Source: an uncultured Candidatus Entotheonella sp. (GTDB lineage: Bacteria; Tectomicrobia; Entotheonellia; Entotheonellales; Entotheonellaceae). From it: 64,000 bases of DNA. Made by a program: the position numbers and the translations under genes. The stretch spans positions 2,080,001 to 2,144,000 of the forward strand of contig OZ244252.1 in assembly GCA_965217185.1 (NCBI GenBank), given 5' to 3'. Shown here piece after piece: positions 1 through 10,568 of the stretch. The notes under the pieces are model-generated. The model saw only the letters and a program-made list of their open reading frames with translations. It had not been told where the DNA came from and made no database searches. The stretch's first letter is position 1, and the number at the start of each line of letters is the position of its first letter.

Positions 1-718
1 CGCCGGACGAGATGCGCATGTGGGCGCAGGCGGTGGTGAGAATGCCCTCGGCGGTGTTGCTGAGCTGGTTGTAGAATTGCTCCGGCGCCAGGGCCGCCAG
101 GATGGTGACGGCGTTTTGCTCCGGTCTGAAGCCGCGCTCGACGTGCAGCGCCGGCCAGGGGCTTTCCGCCTCGTTCTCGGCGATGCAGAAGCTGTATTTG
201 CCGCTGTGCCCCAGGGTGCTGCGGTCGAGCCGCCCCGGCAGGGTGCCGATGACGTTGCGCATCACCAGCCGCAGCGCCCGCCCGATTGCCGCGTTGGCAC
301 GCCAGCCGGGGCCGAAGAGGTTGTCACCGTGGTTGAGGTCCAATTCCTGCGCGATGGGGCCGTTCACCACCGCCAGCACCGCCGAGCCGCCGGTGCTCGT
401 CGCCGGGCCGTGATAGCTCCACAACGGGTCGCCCATGGCCTCCACCGCGGCCACCAGCACGGGCATGTACTCCGGCTTGCAACCGGCCATGACGCCGTTG
501 ATCGCCACCTTCTCGGCGGTCACCGACACCTGGCGATTGTCGATGAAGGTGATCTCCGCCTGCGGCTCCAAGCCCGCCGATTCCAGCATCCCCCAGATGG
601 CGTTCTCCATCGGCGGTACTACCGGCAGGCCGTCCGTCCATCCTTTGTCGAAGTAGAAGTCCACCGCCTGCGCCATGTCCGCCACGTCGTACCGCGTGGA
701 TTGCAACTCTGCTGCCAT
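1..718 (-). CDS. Conserved hypothetical protein, runs off the left edge; resembles the family usually found next to UGSC-type selenoproteins
   Basis: Manual translation from ATG 718: MAAELQSTRYDVADMAQAVDFYFDKGWTDGLPVVPP...KVAINGVMAGCKPEYMPVLVAAVEA...VVNGPIA...RANAAIGRALRL. Open to the window edge and absent from the ORF track. Confidence 0.8.
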   Translation of the reverse strand, partial: MAAELQSTRYDVADMAQAVDFYFDKGWTDGLPVVPPMENAIWGMLESAGLEPQAEITFIDNRQVSVTAEKVAINGVMAGCKPEYMPVLVAAVEAMGDPLWSYHGPATSTGGSAVLAVVNGPIAQELDLNHGDNLFGPGWRANAAIGRALRLVMRNVIGTLPGRLDRSTLGHSGKYSFCIAENEAESPWPALHVERGFRPEQNAVTILAALAPEQFYNQLSNTAEGILTTACAHMRISSG

Positions 719-850
719 TCCGCACACACCTTTGCTTGTCGCGTCCGATTGTTGCCATTGCATCGTGCCGCTCGGGGCACGCGAAAGCGTACGAATACTA
801 GAGTCCTGCCGGGGTTGTCAAGCCACTGGAACCCGCGGGGATTACCGGCT

Positions 851-888
851 CACCCCCTCCCTAGCCCTCCCCCGCGGAAGGGAGGGGG
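851..888 (+). repeat. CCC/GGG-rich REP-like palindrome, type A (CCCTCCCTAGCCCTCCCCC..GGGAGGGG)
   Basis: Related copies at ~15012-15054 and ~38720-38759. Confidence 0.65.
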
Positions 889-913
889 AAAGAATGGCGG
901 CCGTTGTTCTCAA

Positions 914-2035
914 CTACTCCGGCGTCTTGCCGAACACTTCATCCTTCCAGTAGTAATTGCCAGCAAACCCGTACGGCGGCCAGGTCGACAGCCGGTAAGG
1001 GACGATCAGCGAGGCGTATTCCCGCTGCGACTCCAGCACCTTCTTGAAAAAGGGGTCCTTGGCTGCCTCCGCAGCCGCGATCTTGTCCCACGACTGCAGC
1101 AGGGTGAGCATGATGACGTCCGGCGTCTTGTAGACCTGCACGCCGTGCTTCTGTATCAACTCCTGGTAAGCCTCGGCGTTGCGGCGATGGAACCACGCGA
1201 ACCAGCGGGCGGCAGTGTCCCGTACCGCTACGTGGATCAACGCCTGCAGGTCTTCCGGCAAGCCATCCCACACCTCCTTGTTGATCAGCAATTCGCCCAT
1301 CGGGGCGGGTTCGTGCATGCTCGGCGTATAGTGGATTTTCCACACGTTGTGGAAGCCCAGCCGCAGATCTTCGAGGCCCCCGACCCATTCCGCCGCGTCA
1401 ATGACGCCGCGCTCAGCCGCGGGCAGGATTTCGGCCCCCGGCAGGGTGACGACGCTGACGCCCGCGGCTTTGAAGACTTCCGCGGCGACGCCGGGGATGC
1501 GGTACTTCATGCCCTTGAAATCATCCCAACTGCGGATGACGTCCTTGAACCACCCCAGGGCCTGCGGACCGATCGGCAGGATCGGAAAGGCCACGACCTG
1601 CATGTTAAGCACGTCTTGGTATAACTCCTGGTACAGCTCCAGGCCGCCGCCTTCGTACATCCAGCCCAGGAAGTCGTGATGATCCATTCCGAAAGGGCCG
1701 CCGGGGGCGCAGCAAAGGAGGCCGGCGGCAAAGTGTTTCCCCACCCAGTAGGCCGCCGCCGTGTGCCCGCCGTCGATGACGCCGCGGTTGGTGGCGTCCA
1801 GCACTTCGAAGGCGCCGACAATCGCGCCGGCGGGAAGATGCTCGATCTTGAGCCGCCCGGCGGAAACCTTTTCCACCGTCTCGGCGAACATTTCGAGGTT
1901 CTCGTAAGCCATCAATCCAGACGGCCAACTGGCCTGTATTTTCAGCGTATATTCCTGGGCCTGGGTTAGAGAACCGAAGAACCCGAGACAAATAACGGCA
2001 GTCATCGCGATCACGAACGCAACCCGTTTCCTCAT
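914..2035 (-). CDS. dctP: TRAP transporter substrate-binding protein (DctP/TakP-like)
   Basis: Signal peptide; SAGRLKIE, GVIDGGH, KGMKYRIPG and GVIDAAEW motifs; AGGAGG RBS 7 nt before ATG 2035. Confidence 0.9.
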   Translation of the reverse strand: MRKRVAFVIAMTAVICLGFFGSLTQAQEYTLKIQASWPSGLMAYENLEMFAETVEKVSAGRLKIEHLPAGAIVGAFEVLDATNRGVIDGGHTAAAYWVGKHFAAGLLCCAPGGPFGMDHHDFLGWMYEGGGLELYQELYQDVLNMQVVAFPILPIGPQALGWFKDVIRSWDDFKGMKYRIPGVAAEVFKAAGVSVVTLPGAEILPAAERGVIDAAEWVGGLEDLRLGFHNVWKIHYTPSMHEPAPMGELLINKEVWDGLPEDLQALIHVAVRDTAARWFAWFHRRNAEAYQELIQKHGVQVYKTPDVIMLTLLQSWDKIAAAEAAKDPFFKKVLESQREYASLIVPYRLSTWPPYGFAGNYYWKDEVFGKTPE

Positions 2036-2142
2036 GGCCATCCCTCCTGGACGTGTGAGTGGTAACGTCATCTCTACGGTTTCAATGCGTGCCTACTATG
2101 CCATGAGAGAACCGTTAGGGGAAGCTATGCGGGGCACGAGGA

Positions 2143-3030
2143 TCAAGCGTCGTCCTGCGACGGCATGGGCATGACGTCCACCGCGACTTCCATGGTGTGG
2201 TCGCCGCCGCCGAGGAAGACGCCCTTGATGGGGCTGACGTCGCCGTAATCTCGGCCGATGGCAACGGTGATGTGGCGGTCGGAGGGCCATAGGTTGTTGG
2301 TGGGATCGACGTCGACCCAGCCGTGGCCGGGGCAGAAGACGGAGAGCCAGGCGTGCGAGGCTTCTGCGCCGATGAGCGGGTTGGGCCCTGACGACTGGGT
2401 GACGAGGTAGCCGCTGACGTAGCGGACCGCCAAGCCGAGGGCACGCAGGCAGCCGATTTGCAAATGAGCAAAGTCCTGGCAGACGCCGCGGCGGTGGCGT
2501 AGCACGTCGCTCAGCGGCGTGTTAACCACGGTAGCCCATGGGTCGTAGGTAAACTCGGCGTGCAGGCGTTCAGTAAGGTCCCCGACCGCCTCGAGCAGGG
2601 GGCGCCGCGGGGTGAAGGACGAAGCGGCGTACGCCAGCAATTCCGCGCTGGCCGCCACGTACGGGGAGTCGAATACGAACTGGTACGCCTCCAGGCCCTC
2701 GGCGCTGCGGTCCTGGCGCAGGCCGTCACGCACGTCTTCCCACGCCGCCGCGGCCGCCAGCGGCGGCGCCTCGAGCGGTGTCATCTCGACGATGCTGTTG
2801 GCCGTCATGGTCAGCGCCCGGTGCGGCTCTTGCAGCGTGAAGAAGGTCACCGGATTGCCGAAATAATCCACCGACCGGCTCACCACCGGGGCCTCGGGAA
2901 ACAACAGCAATTCGTGGAATGAGCACGTCTGATGGCGGCATTGCCGCGGGCACAGGTGCAGCTCGTTGTGGCATACGGACACCGAGTTGGAGTAGGCATA
3001 CGTCGTGGTATGTCGCACGCGGTAGCGCAT
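2143..3030 (-). CDS. Transglutaminase family protein (Bact_transglu_N plus core)
   Basis: MRYRVRHTTTYAY N-terminus; GVCQDFAH, SHAW and DPTN catalytic motifs. Confidence 0.93.
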   Translation of the reverse strand: MRYRVRHTTTYAYSNSVSVCHNELHLCPRQCRHQTCSFHELLLFPEAPVVSRSVDYFGNPVTFFTLQEPHRALTMTANSIVEMTPLEAPPLAAAAAWEDVRDGLRQDRSAEGLEAYQFVFDSPYVAASAELLAYAASSFTPRRPLLEAVGDLTERLHAEFTYDPWATVVNTPLSDVLRHRRGVCQDFAHLQIGCLRALGLAVRYVSGYLVTQSSGPNPLIGAEASHAWLSVFCPGHGWVDVDPTNNLWPSDRHITVAIGRDYGDVSPIKGVFLGGGDHTMEVAVDVMPMPSQDDA

Positions 3031-3037
3031 GGTCGCC

Positions 3038-5599
3038 TCAGCCTCCCGTGAGGGCGAGATGCCGCGTCAGTTCGGCGTGGCTCAGGTAGTGATGCGTGAT
3101 GGTATCCGAGAGCCCCGAAAAATCCGTCTGAAGTTCTGCCAACGCCGTCTCCAGATGGCCGCGCCGCCCGTTCCGGCCGATCTGGCACAGCACCTCGATC
3201 TCCGCCAGACGCAGCCGTGTGAGCATGGCCGTCACCCGCCGTTGCGCCGGGCTCAGCGACGGCATGTTGCGGTCGCGCGGCAGGCGTTCGACGTGGTCGG
3301 CAAGCCGCGCCAACTGGTAGACCACGGCGCGCGGGTTGGTGTCGTCGGTGAGCAACAGGTCCAGCACGGGCACGCATTGCAGCGCCGTGAGGTAGCGCGA
3401 GCGGTACGTGATCGAGCTGTCGCCAATCTCCAGAAGCGCCTCCAGCACCGACCCCTCCCGGTCGTCCGCATCCACCAGGGTGTTGCGCAGCAGGCCAGTG
3501 GTGTGCGCGGCACGCTCCAGCCGCCGCCCGAGGTCGAGAAAATGCCACTCGGGGCCGCGAATCATGTTTTCTTCCATAAGGCCGCTGAAAGCCGACAGCA
3601 TCATGATGGTGCGATCGATCAACGCCAGGGCGTCGCTCACCTGCCCCAGGCCGTGTTCGTTGCCCGAAGCATTAAAATCCTCGTCCAGGTGGGTGATGAT
3701 GCGCCACGATTCGAGGGTCATGTAATCCCGCACCGAGGCCGCCACACGGTGCAGGGTGGCGAGAATGGCGCGCACGCTGTGGGCGGATTGCGGGTCGAAC
3801 AGGATCCCCAACAGCGCCTGCGCCCGCGAAGCCAAGCCGTCCGGCTGTTCCGCTGGCGCCGTCAGGTGGCCGAACCCCCAAGCTTGAAAGGCGCGAAACA
3901 GCACGGGAAACGCCGTGCTGCTTTTCAGCCCGGATTCGTCGTTGAGGCGGATCAGCAGGCTGCGCAACAGGCGCGCCAGCCCTTCAGCGCGCTCGCTGTG
4001 GCGCCCGATCCAGAACAGATTGTCAGCCGCGCGGCTGGGGAAGTCGTAACCGCTGCGGCGCAGCGCAATCGGCTGACCGGCCGGCGGCAGTAGCGTCAGC
4101 GTGTCCGGCTCGCCCTCGCACAGCACCCAGGTGTCCTTGCTGCCGCTGTCGCTCTGCATCGATATGGCCGGCGGGCCGTCGCTCGCCGAAACCCGCGTCA
4201 GGCCGCCCGCCATGACCTTGTAATCGTCCCGCGCGGCCACCGCGTACGTGCGCAGAACCGTTTGCCGCGGTTGCACCCCGACGCCGTTCCACACCGGCAG
4301 GCTGGACAGCGACAGGTGTTGCTGGGCCGCGTATTCGTGAGGCCGCGCACGCACCATCTCGACCATCTCACGCCGCTCGTCACGACTCAGGCGATCCCCC
4401 CGCACCATGTCCCGACCCGCGCCGGAGCGCATCGGCATCACCACGAGCTCCTCCAGGTGGTCGAGCACGTACGCCAGGCTGTCCGTGTCCCCGCACCACC
4501 ACGCCGGCGCTGACGGCAGGGCAAGCTCTTCGTCCAACAGACGGCGGCACAAGGCAGGTAGAAACGGCATCAACGCCGCGCTTTCCAGCCAGCCGCTGCC
4601 CAGCGTATTGACGACGCTGACGTTGCCGGCCCGCACCGCCTGCACCAGGCCCGCGGTGCCGAGCAGCGACGCCTGGTTCAACTCGAGCGGATCGCAGAAC
4701 GCATCGTCCATCCGCCGCAGGATGACGTCCACCGGCTCCAGGCCGGCCAGCGTTTTGAGATAGACGCGCTCGTCGCGCACCGTCAGGTCGCCGCCCTCGA
4801 CCAGGGTGTAGCCGAGGTAGCGCGCCAGGTAGGCGTGCTCGAAGTAGGTCTCGTTATACGGTCCGGGAGTCAGCAGCACGATGCGCGGGTTATCGCGGTG
4901 GCGCGTCGCCACGTCGTGCAGCGTCTGCCGCAGGGCTGCAAAATACGATGCCAGCCGCTGCACCTGGCAGTCGCGCAGCACCTCGGGCAGGATGCTCGAC
5001 AGCACTTGGCGATTCTCCAGCGCGTAGCCGGACCCCGCCGGGCTTTGAGCGCGGTCGGCCAGCACCCACCACTGTCCGTCCGGTGTGCGCGCCAGGTCGG
5101 CGGCGTAGACGTGCAGATAGCAGTCGTTGGGTACGGCCAGACCGTGGCAGGGCCGCAGAAAGCCGGGGTGCGCGAACACCAGCTCCGGCGGCAGCAGCCC
5201 TTCGGTGAGCAGGCGTTGCGGGCCGTACACGTCCGCCAGCACGGCGTTCAGCAGCCGCGCACGCTGCGCCAGGGCGGCTTCCAGACACGCCCATTCCGCA
5301 GACCCGATGACCCACGGCAGCGGGTCCAGCTCCCACGGGCGCTCCATGCCCTGTGCGTCGCCATACACGTTGTACGTGACGCCGTTTTCGTGGATCATCC
5401 GCCGCGCCTGTTGCCAGCAATGCGCCAATTCCCGCGGGCCCATGTCCTCGAGCGTCTGCACCACCTTCTGCCAGTGCGGACGCGGCTCGCCACCCTCGGC
5501 GAACGTCTCGTCGTAGGACCCGTCCGGCGCGCTGTAGCCGGCAAACAGGCCGCTACCGGCCGCCGCTGGCGTCTCCTGCATGATGACGTGATGAGCCAT
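3038..5599 (-). CDS. Circularly permuted ATP-grasp type 2 fused to an alpha-E domain
   Basis: GVTYNVY, GSGYALENR, YFEHAYLARYLG and GSKDTWV motifs, then alpha-E motifs (LFWIGRHSERAE, GRRLERA). Confidence 0.92.
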   Translation of the reverse strand: MAHHVIMQETPAAAGSGLFAGYSAPDGSYDETFAEGGEPRPHWQKVVQTLEDMGPRELAHCWQQARRMIHENGVTYNVYGDAQGMERPWELDPLPWVIGSAEWACLEAALAQRARLLNAVLADVYGPQRLLTEGLLPPELVFAHPGFLRPCHGLAVPNDCYLHVYAADLARTPDGQWWVLADRAQSPAGSGYALENRQVLSSILPEVLRDCQVQRLASYFAALRQTLHDVATRHRDNPRIVLLTPGPYNETYFEHAYLARYLGYTLVEGGDLTVRDERVYLKTLAGLEPVDVILRRMDDAFCDPLELNQASLLGTAGLVQAVRAGNVSVVNTLGSGWLESAALMPFLPALCRRLLDEELALPSAPAWWCGDTDSLAYVLDHLEELVVMPMRSGAGRDMVRGDRLSRDERREMVEMVRARPHEYAAQQHLSLSSLPVWNGVGVQPRQTVLRTYAVAARDDYKVMAGGLTRVSASDGPPAISMQSDSGSKDTWVLCEGEPDTLTLLPPAGQPIALRRSGYDFPSRAADNLFWIGRHSERAEGLARLLRSLLIRLNDESGLKSSTAFPVLFRAFQAWGFGHLTAPAEQPDGLASRAQALLGILFDPQSAHSVRAILATLHRVAASVRDYMTLESWRIITHLDEDFNASGNEHGLGQVSDALALIDRTIMMLSAFSGLMEENMIRGPEWHFLDLGRRLERAAHTTGLLRNTLVDADDREGSVLEALLEIGDSSITYRSRYLTALQCVPVLDLLLTDDTNPRAVVYQLARLADHVERLPRDRNMPSLSPAQRRVTAMLTRLRLAEIEVLCQIGRNGRRGHLETALAELQTDFSGLSDTITHHYLSHAELTRHLALTGG

Positions 5600-5602
5600 G
5601 TC

Positions 5603-6571
5603 TCATACCCCGCCGTGCCGCGTCCCGCTTACCGGGCGCATGGCAAAGAAGGTGTTGAAAATCTCGTCGTCCACCTGGTTAAGCTTGAGTTGAAAGCGGT
5701 CCAGAAACTCGTGCAGCCCGACGCTGATGATCTCCTGGATAGCCGCGTAATCCAGCTCCGAGCGCAGGCGGCCCAGACGCTGTTCGGCCTCGTCTCGAAA
5801 GCCGCCCATGGGCGTGCCGGAAATGAGGTGCAGCGATGTTTCCGCCTCGACCAGGCAGTAGTGTAGGGCGCGCGGAAACTCGCGGTCCAGCAGCAGGAAA
5901 TCCGCCACGCTGACCGGCGTGATGCGCCCGAACCGCTGGCGGTACATCTCCAGGGCGCTGGCCGACTTGAGCACCGCCGCCCACTGGATGTCGTCCACCG
6001 GCGAGCCCACGTCGCTCGCCTGCGGCAGCAGCATGAAGTATTTCACGTCGAGGATACGCGAAGTCTTGTCGGCACGCTCGATCAGCCGCCCGAGGCGCCC
6101 GAAGTGCCAGCCCTCGCCGTGCGACATGGTGGCGTCGGTGATGCCGACGAATAAATAGCTGGCGTTCTTCACGTCAGTGAAAAAATCGTGCGGCGTGTCC
6201 TGCGCCTGCCGGGCGGCTCGGCGCACCATGAGGTAGAACTTGTTGACGTGCTCCCACATGTCCGAGGAGATGATTTCGCGCACCAAGCGGGCGTTGTCGC
6301 GCGCCGCTTGCAGGCAGGAGAGGATCGAGTTGGGATTGGCGGTGTCGTGGGTGAGAAAGGTGAAGACGTTCTCCTTGGTGGCCGTCCCGTAGCGCCGGGC
6401 GAAATCGTGGCGGTCGTCGGTGATGTTGACCAGCGGCTGCCACTGCTCGGAGCTGTCCGGCGACAGGTCGAGCATCAGGTGGAGATTCACGTCGATGAAG
6501 CGGGCGACGTTTTCGGCGCTTTCGATGTAACGGTGCAGCCAGTAGATGGATTCGGCAGCGCGGCTCAGCAT
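5603..6571 (-). CDS. Alpha-E domain protein (DUF403)
   Basis: MLSRAAESIYWLHRYIE, ARDNARLVREIISSDMWE, GRLIERADKTSRILDVKY. Confidence 0.93.
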   Translation of the reverse strand: MLSRAAESIYWLHRYIESAENVARFIDVNLHLMLDLSPDSSEQWQPLVNITDDRHDFARRYGTATKENVFTFLTHDTANPNSILSCLQAARDNARLVREIISSDMWEHVNKFYLMVRRAARQAQDTPHDFFTDVKNASYLFVGITDATMSHGEGWHFGRLGRLIERADKTSRILDVKYFMLLPQASDVGSPVDDIQWAAVLKSASALEMYRQRFGRITPVSVADFLLLDREFPRALHYCLVEAETSLHLISGTPMGGFRDEAEQRLGRLRSELDYAAIQEIISVGLHEFLDRFQLKLNQVDDEIFNTFFAMRPVSGTRHGGV

Positions 6572-6573
6572 GG

Positions 6574-8013
6574 TCAGTCCCTCGCCAGCACCCAGGTGTC
6601 CTTGCTGCCGCCGCCTTGGGACGAATTGACCACCAACGAGCCTTTTTGCAGCGCGACGCGCGTCAGGCCGCCGGGCAGCACGTAGGGACGGCCGGCGCCG
6701 TACAGAATGTAGGGCCGCAGATCGACGTGGCGGCCTTCCAGCGCGCCATCGACGATCACCGGCGCGCGCGACAGCGACAGGGTGGGCTGGGCGATGTAGT
6801 TGCGCGGGTTGGCCGCGATGGCCTCGGCAAACGTCTTGCGTTCCGCAGCCGAGGCGTGCGGCCCGATCAGCATGCCGTAGCCGCCGGATTCGTTGACCGC
6901 CTTGACCACCAGCTCGTCGAGGTGCTCCAGGACGTAGCGGCGCTGTTTGTCCTCCCAGCAGACGTACGTCGGCACGTTCGGCAGCACCATGTCCTCGCCC
7001 AGGTAGTAGTCGATCATCTGCGGCACGTAGGCGTACACGGCCTTGTCGTCCGCCACCCCGGTGCCGGGGGCGTTGGCCAGCGCCACCCGGCCGGCTTTGT
7101 ATACCTGCATGAGGCCGGGCACGCCGAGAGAGGAATCGGGCCGGAAGGTCAGCGGATCGAGAAAATCGTCGTCGATGCGCCGGTAGATGACGTCCACGCG
7201 CTGGAAGCCCTTGGTCGTGCGCATCATGAGGAGGTTATCCACCACTGCCAGGTCGCGGCCCTCGACGAGTTCCACGCCCATCTTTTGCGCCAGGAAGGCG
7301 TGCTCGAAATAGGCCGCGTTGTAAATGCCGGGCGTGAGCACCACCACCGTGGGATTGGGCACCCCCGCCGGCGCCAGGGACTGCAGCATGTCCAGCAGGC
7401 GGCTGGGATAGTCGTCCACCGGGCGCACCTGTGAGACCTCGAACACCTGCGGGAAGGTGCGCTTGAGCACCTGGCGGTTTTCCAGCACGTACGACACGCC
7501 GGAGGGGCAGCGCAGGTTGTCTTCGAGCACGTAGAGCTGCCCGTCGCCGTCGCGTACCAGGTCGATGCCGCTGATGTGGCACCAGATGCCCTGCGGCGGG
7601 TTGAGCCCGACGCACGGCTGCAGAAAGTTGCGCGCCGACAGGATGAGCTCTTCCGGCACGACGCCGTCTTTGATGATGCGCTGGGCGTGGTAGATGTCGT
7701 CGATGAACAGGTTGAGCGCCTGGATGCGCTGCTTCAGCCCGTCCTCGATGATGGCCCAGTCCGCCGCACCGACGATGCGGGGCAGAATGTCGAAAGGGAA
7801 GATGCGCTCGGTGCCGGCCTCGTCGCCGTAGACCGTGAACGTGATGCCGAGGTTGAGCAGGTCGCGCTCGGCCGCCTGCTGCCGCCGCACCAGTTCGCCT
7901 TCCGGCAGCGAGGTGACGCGCTCCAGCAGCGGCGCCGCGCCCGAGCGAGCCTGCCCGTCGGTACGCACCAATTCGTCGTAGAATTGTCCGGTATCGTAGA
8001 CCGTGAGCTTCAT
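6574..8013 (-). CDS. Circularly permuted ATP-grasp type 2 protein (DUF404/407)
   Basis: [34 protein letters not shown]. The real start is likely ATG 8013 (MKLTVYD); the ORF-track extension is antisense to the next gene. Confidence 0.92.
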   Translation of the reverse strand: MKLTVYDTGQFYDELVRTDGQARSGAAPLLERVTSLPEGELVRRQQAAERDLLNLGITFTVYGDEAGTERIFPFDILPRIVGAADWAIIEDGLKQRIQALNLFIDDIYHAQRIIKDGVVPEELILSARNFLQPCVGLNPPQGIWCHISGIDLVRDGDGQLYVLEDNLRCPSGVSYVLENRQVLKRTFPQVFEVSQVRPVDDYPSRLLDMLQSLAPAGVPNPTVVVLTPGIYNAAYFEHAFLAQKMGVELVEGRDLAVVDNLLMMRTTKGFQRVDVIYRRIDDDFLDPLTFRPDSSLGVPGLMQVYKAGRVALANAPGTGVADDKAVYAYVPQMIDYYLGEDMVLPNVPTYVCWEDKQRRYVLEHLDELVVKAVNESGGYGMLIGPHASAAERKTFAEAIAANPRNYIAQPTLSLSRAPVIVDGALEGRHVDLRPYILYGAGRPYVLPGGLTRVALQKGSLVVNSSQGGGSKDTWVLARD

Positions 8014-8214
8014 CGGGCGGTTCCCTGTGAAAGGCCGCGAAGATGGAGAAAGGTGAATAAAGAAGAATTGGGCAAAAAGTGTATCAGAAATGGCAGGTGC
8101 GGGCTGCGCGGCGCCGGTCCCCAGCAATCCCCCAGTTGCCGGTATGGCTAGCCGCCGGATCATCCCCAACCTGTGATACAATCCGCCAAATCCCAAGACC
8201 CTGGTGGAGGGTTC

Positions 8215-8607
8215 ATGCAAAAGACATGGAGTTGGATCAAGGACAACGCGGGAGCCATAATGGCAATCGCCGCCATCCTGGGTGGATTCACCGGAATCAT
8301 CCAATTTGGCATTGTCAACCCCATGCACCAACGCTTTGACGCTGTTGACCAACGCTTGGACGCCACCGACCAGCGCATCGACGACCTCAGAGCCGAAATA
8401 AACACCCGCTTCGACGCCCAAGACAAATACATGAACGCGCGCTTTGACGCGGTAGACCAACGTTTCGATGCTCAGGACCAACGCCTGCAACGCCTTGAAG
8501 ACGACGTTTCGGAACTCCGCGAGCTCAGCGAGCGCGTCTCCCGAAGCGAAGGCCAGATCGACCTCATCCGGCAGCAATTGCAGACCGCCGATGCCCCCTC
8601 GCCCTGA
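8215..8607 (+). CDS. Small membrane-anchored coiled-coil protein with RFDAxDQ repeats
   Basis: GGAGG RBS before ATG 8215; hydrophobic N-terminal helix; repeats [35 protein letters not shown]. Confidence 0.75.
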   Translation: MQKTWSWIKDNAGAIMAIAAILGGFTGIIQFGIVNPMHQRFDAVDQRLDATDQRIDDLRAEINTRFDAQDKYMNARFDAVDQRFDAQDQRLQRLEDDVSELRELSERVSRSEGQIDLIRQQLQTADAPSP

Positions 8608-9652
8608 ACCTGACTCAAACGCGCCTGTGCCAACATCCGCATCCATTACCGCGACGCGTCTGCACGCCTTCTACCAACAGGTGTACCAGTTCGCCGGCGT
8701 CCCGTCCGAGGACGCCGCAGCAGTGGCCGAGGCCCGCCTGCAAAGCACCCTTCGCCAGCCCGCCGGATTCGATGCCTTCAGCGTCGCGCGGCTGCAAAAC
8801 ACCGTCCGCCGCTTGCGGGCGGGTGGCATCAACCCGACACCGCAGATTCGCGTCGTCCACGAACGCGGCCCGTTCGCCCTGCTGGACGCCGACAACGGCT
8901 TGGGTCCGGTGGTCGGCGTGCGGGCCATGACGCGCTGTCTGGAGGCGATAAGGGCGGTCGGCTTTGCGCTGGTAGGGGTGCGGAACTCGACGACGCTCGG
9001 CACCATGGCGACGTACGCCATGCGGGCGCTGTCCGAAGGCTTCCTGGGATTCGTCGGCACCAACACGGAACTGAAAATCGGCCTGCCGCCCTGGGGCGGA
9101 TTGACCCCGGCGCTTGGCAACAATCCCTTCGCGGTAGCCATCCCGCGCCGCCACGGCGCACCGATCGTGCTGGACATGTCGCTTATCGCCACCCAGCCGC
9201 AGGACAGCGCCGCCGCCGAAACGCCCGCCCGCGGTCCCTTGGGCAGCGATTTCCTCGCCCGCCCGATCATCGGCGCCCACAAAGGCTACGGCCTTGCCGT
9301 GGTATTGGAAGTCCTGTGCGGCGTGCTCACCGGCGCCGGTTTCGGACAAGCCCACGCACCGGATCGCCTCGCCGATCCGCAGACCCGCCACGACCTCGGG
9401 CACCTGTTTGCCGTGCTCGACCCGTCTGTGTTCATGCCGCGCCCCGAGTTCGAGGCGCGCATCGAGCAATTGTGCGTGGAGATCAAGCAATCCGAGCCCG
9501 CACCCGGCGTGCCGCGCATCCTGCTGCCCGGCGAGCTGGAGCACGAACGGTGCGAAGCGCGGTTGCGCCACGGCATCCCCGTGGGGGTGGACGCACAGGA
9601 AGCACTGCTGGGATTCTGCGGCGAGCTGGGTATCACGTCGCCGTTGGATTGA
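8591..9652 (+). CDS. Ldh_2 family oxidoreductase (malate / L-lactate / sulfolactate dehydrogenase-like)
   Basis: [38 protein letters not shown]; start uncertain. Confidence 0.85.
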   Translation: MPPRPEPDSNAPVPTSASITATRLHAFYQQVYQFAGVPSEDAAAVAEARLQSTLRQPAGFDAFSVARLQNTVRRLRAGGINPTPQIRVVHERGPFALLDADNGLGPVVGVRAMTRCLEAIRAVGFALVGVRNSTTLGTMATYAMRALSEGFLGFVGTNTELKIGLPPWGGLTPALGNNPFAVAIPRRHGAPIVLDMSLIATQPQDSAAAETPARGPLGSDFLARPIIGAHKGYGLAVVLEVLCGVLTGAGFGQAHAPDRLADPQTRHDLGHLFAVLDPSVFMPRPEFEARIEQLCVEIKQSEPAPGVPRILLPGELEHERCEARLRHGIPVGVDAQEALLGFCGELGITSPLD

Positions 9653-9665
9653 TGACTGGCTTTGT

Positions 9666-9696
9666 GTAGGTCGGTTAGCCGCAGGCGTAACCCGAC
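9666..9696 (+). repeat. GTAG-family REP palindrome
   Basis: GTAGGTCGGTTAGCCGCAGGCGTAACCCGAC; related copies at 10683, 17079, 44082 and 44140. Confidence 0.8.
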
Positions 9697-9719
9697 GTTC
9701 GAAAGCGGTGCTCCCCATC

Positions 9720-9748
9720 CTGGATTCCGGGTCAGGCCCGGAATGACG
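9720..9748 (-). repeat. GTCATTCCGG-type REP-like palindrome
   Basis: ATTCCGGG-TCAGG-CCCGGAAT inverted repeat followed by GAC, where the convergent genes meet. Confidence 0.6.
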
Positions 9749-10568
9749 ATTCGTGGGGTTTGGACGGGTTGTGCACATGCCAACGGCCCTCAAGCACCGC
9801 CGGCAGATTGGTCAGGTTTTCCAAGACCACCCTCGGCCTCTCGGCAGCACCGGCTCTTTCAGCCTCCGCCCGCGTCGATACCCCCGTCAGCACCAGCACC
9901 GACAGGCACCCGAAGGCGTTCGCGGCTGCGATATCCGTATCCAGTCGGTCCCCGACCACCGCCATGTCGTCCGCCGACACGCCCCATGACGCGGCTATCA
10001 GCGACAGGCCGGTCGGTTCCGGCTTACCGATGACGAGCGGCGTGACACCGGTGGAGGTGGTGAGCGCTGCGACCAGGGCGCCGCCGCCGGGAGTCGTTGT
10101 CGTGGGGCCGTCGGGAAACGTGGCGTCGAGATTGGTAGCGATGAACGTGGCGCCGCTGCAGATGGCGTAATGGGCGTGGGAGAGCTTCTCGTAGGTGACG
10201 GTCATGTCCAGGCCGGCGACGACGTGCGTGGCGCCTTCGTGGGTCGGCACCACCTCGACCCCGGCCTCCTCCATCTCGCGCCGCATGCCCTCGGTGCCGA
10301 CCAGAAACACTCGGGCTTGCGGGGCGTGGCGCGATAGGTACAGCGCCGTGATATAGGCGGAGCCCCACACGTCGTCCGTCGCGCAGGCGAAGCCGAGCCG
10401 CGACATCCGGGCAGCCAGATCCTCGCGATGGCGGCTGGCGTTGTTGGTGAGAAAGGCAACTCGCACCCCCCGGCCCCGCAGCGTGTTGAGCGTGTCCACC
10501 GCTCCGGGCAGCGGGTGGTCGCCCCGGTAGAGAACGCCGTCCATATCCATAACTACATGTCGGATCAC
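9732..10568 (-). CDS. HAD-IIA hydrolase (NagD family)
   Basis: DMDGVLY, FLTNNAS, IGKPEP, VVGDRLDTDI, LVLTGVS. Confidence 0.92.
   Translation of the reverse strand: MIRHVVMDMDGVLYRGDHPLPGAVDTLNTLRGRGVRVAFLTNNASRHREDLAARMSRLGFACATDDVWGSAYITALYLSRHAPQARVFLVGTEGMRREMEEAGVEVVPTHEGATHVVAGLDMTVTYEKLSHAHYAICSGATFIATNLDATFPDGPTTTTPGGGALVAALTTSTGVTPLVIGKPEPTGLSLIAASWGVSADDMAVVGDRLDTDIAAANAFGCLSVLVLTGVSTRAEAERAGAAERPRVVLENLTNLPAVLEGRWHVHNPSKPHESSFRA

Noticed and set aside
20..1624. 534-aa plus-strand ORF and similar long ORFs (17150-19495, 21305-23278, 34388-36517, 42050-44053, 49496-51733)
   Set aside because: Antisense or off-frame shadows of well-supported genes in high-GC DNA; no motifs
8014..8646. 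211-aa N-terminal extension of the ATP-grasp ORF
   Set aside because: Antisense to the repeat protein; recognisable ATP-grasp sequence begins at ATG 8013
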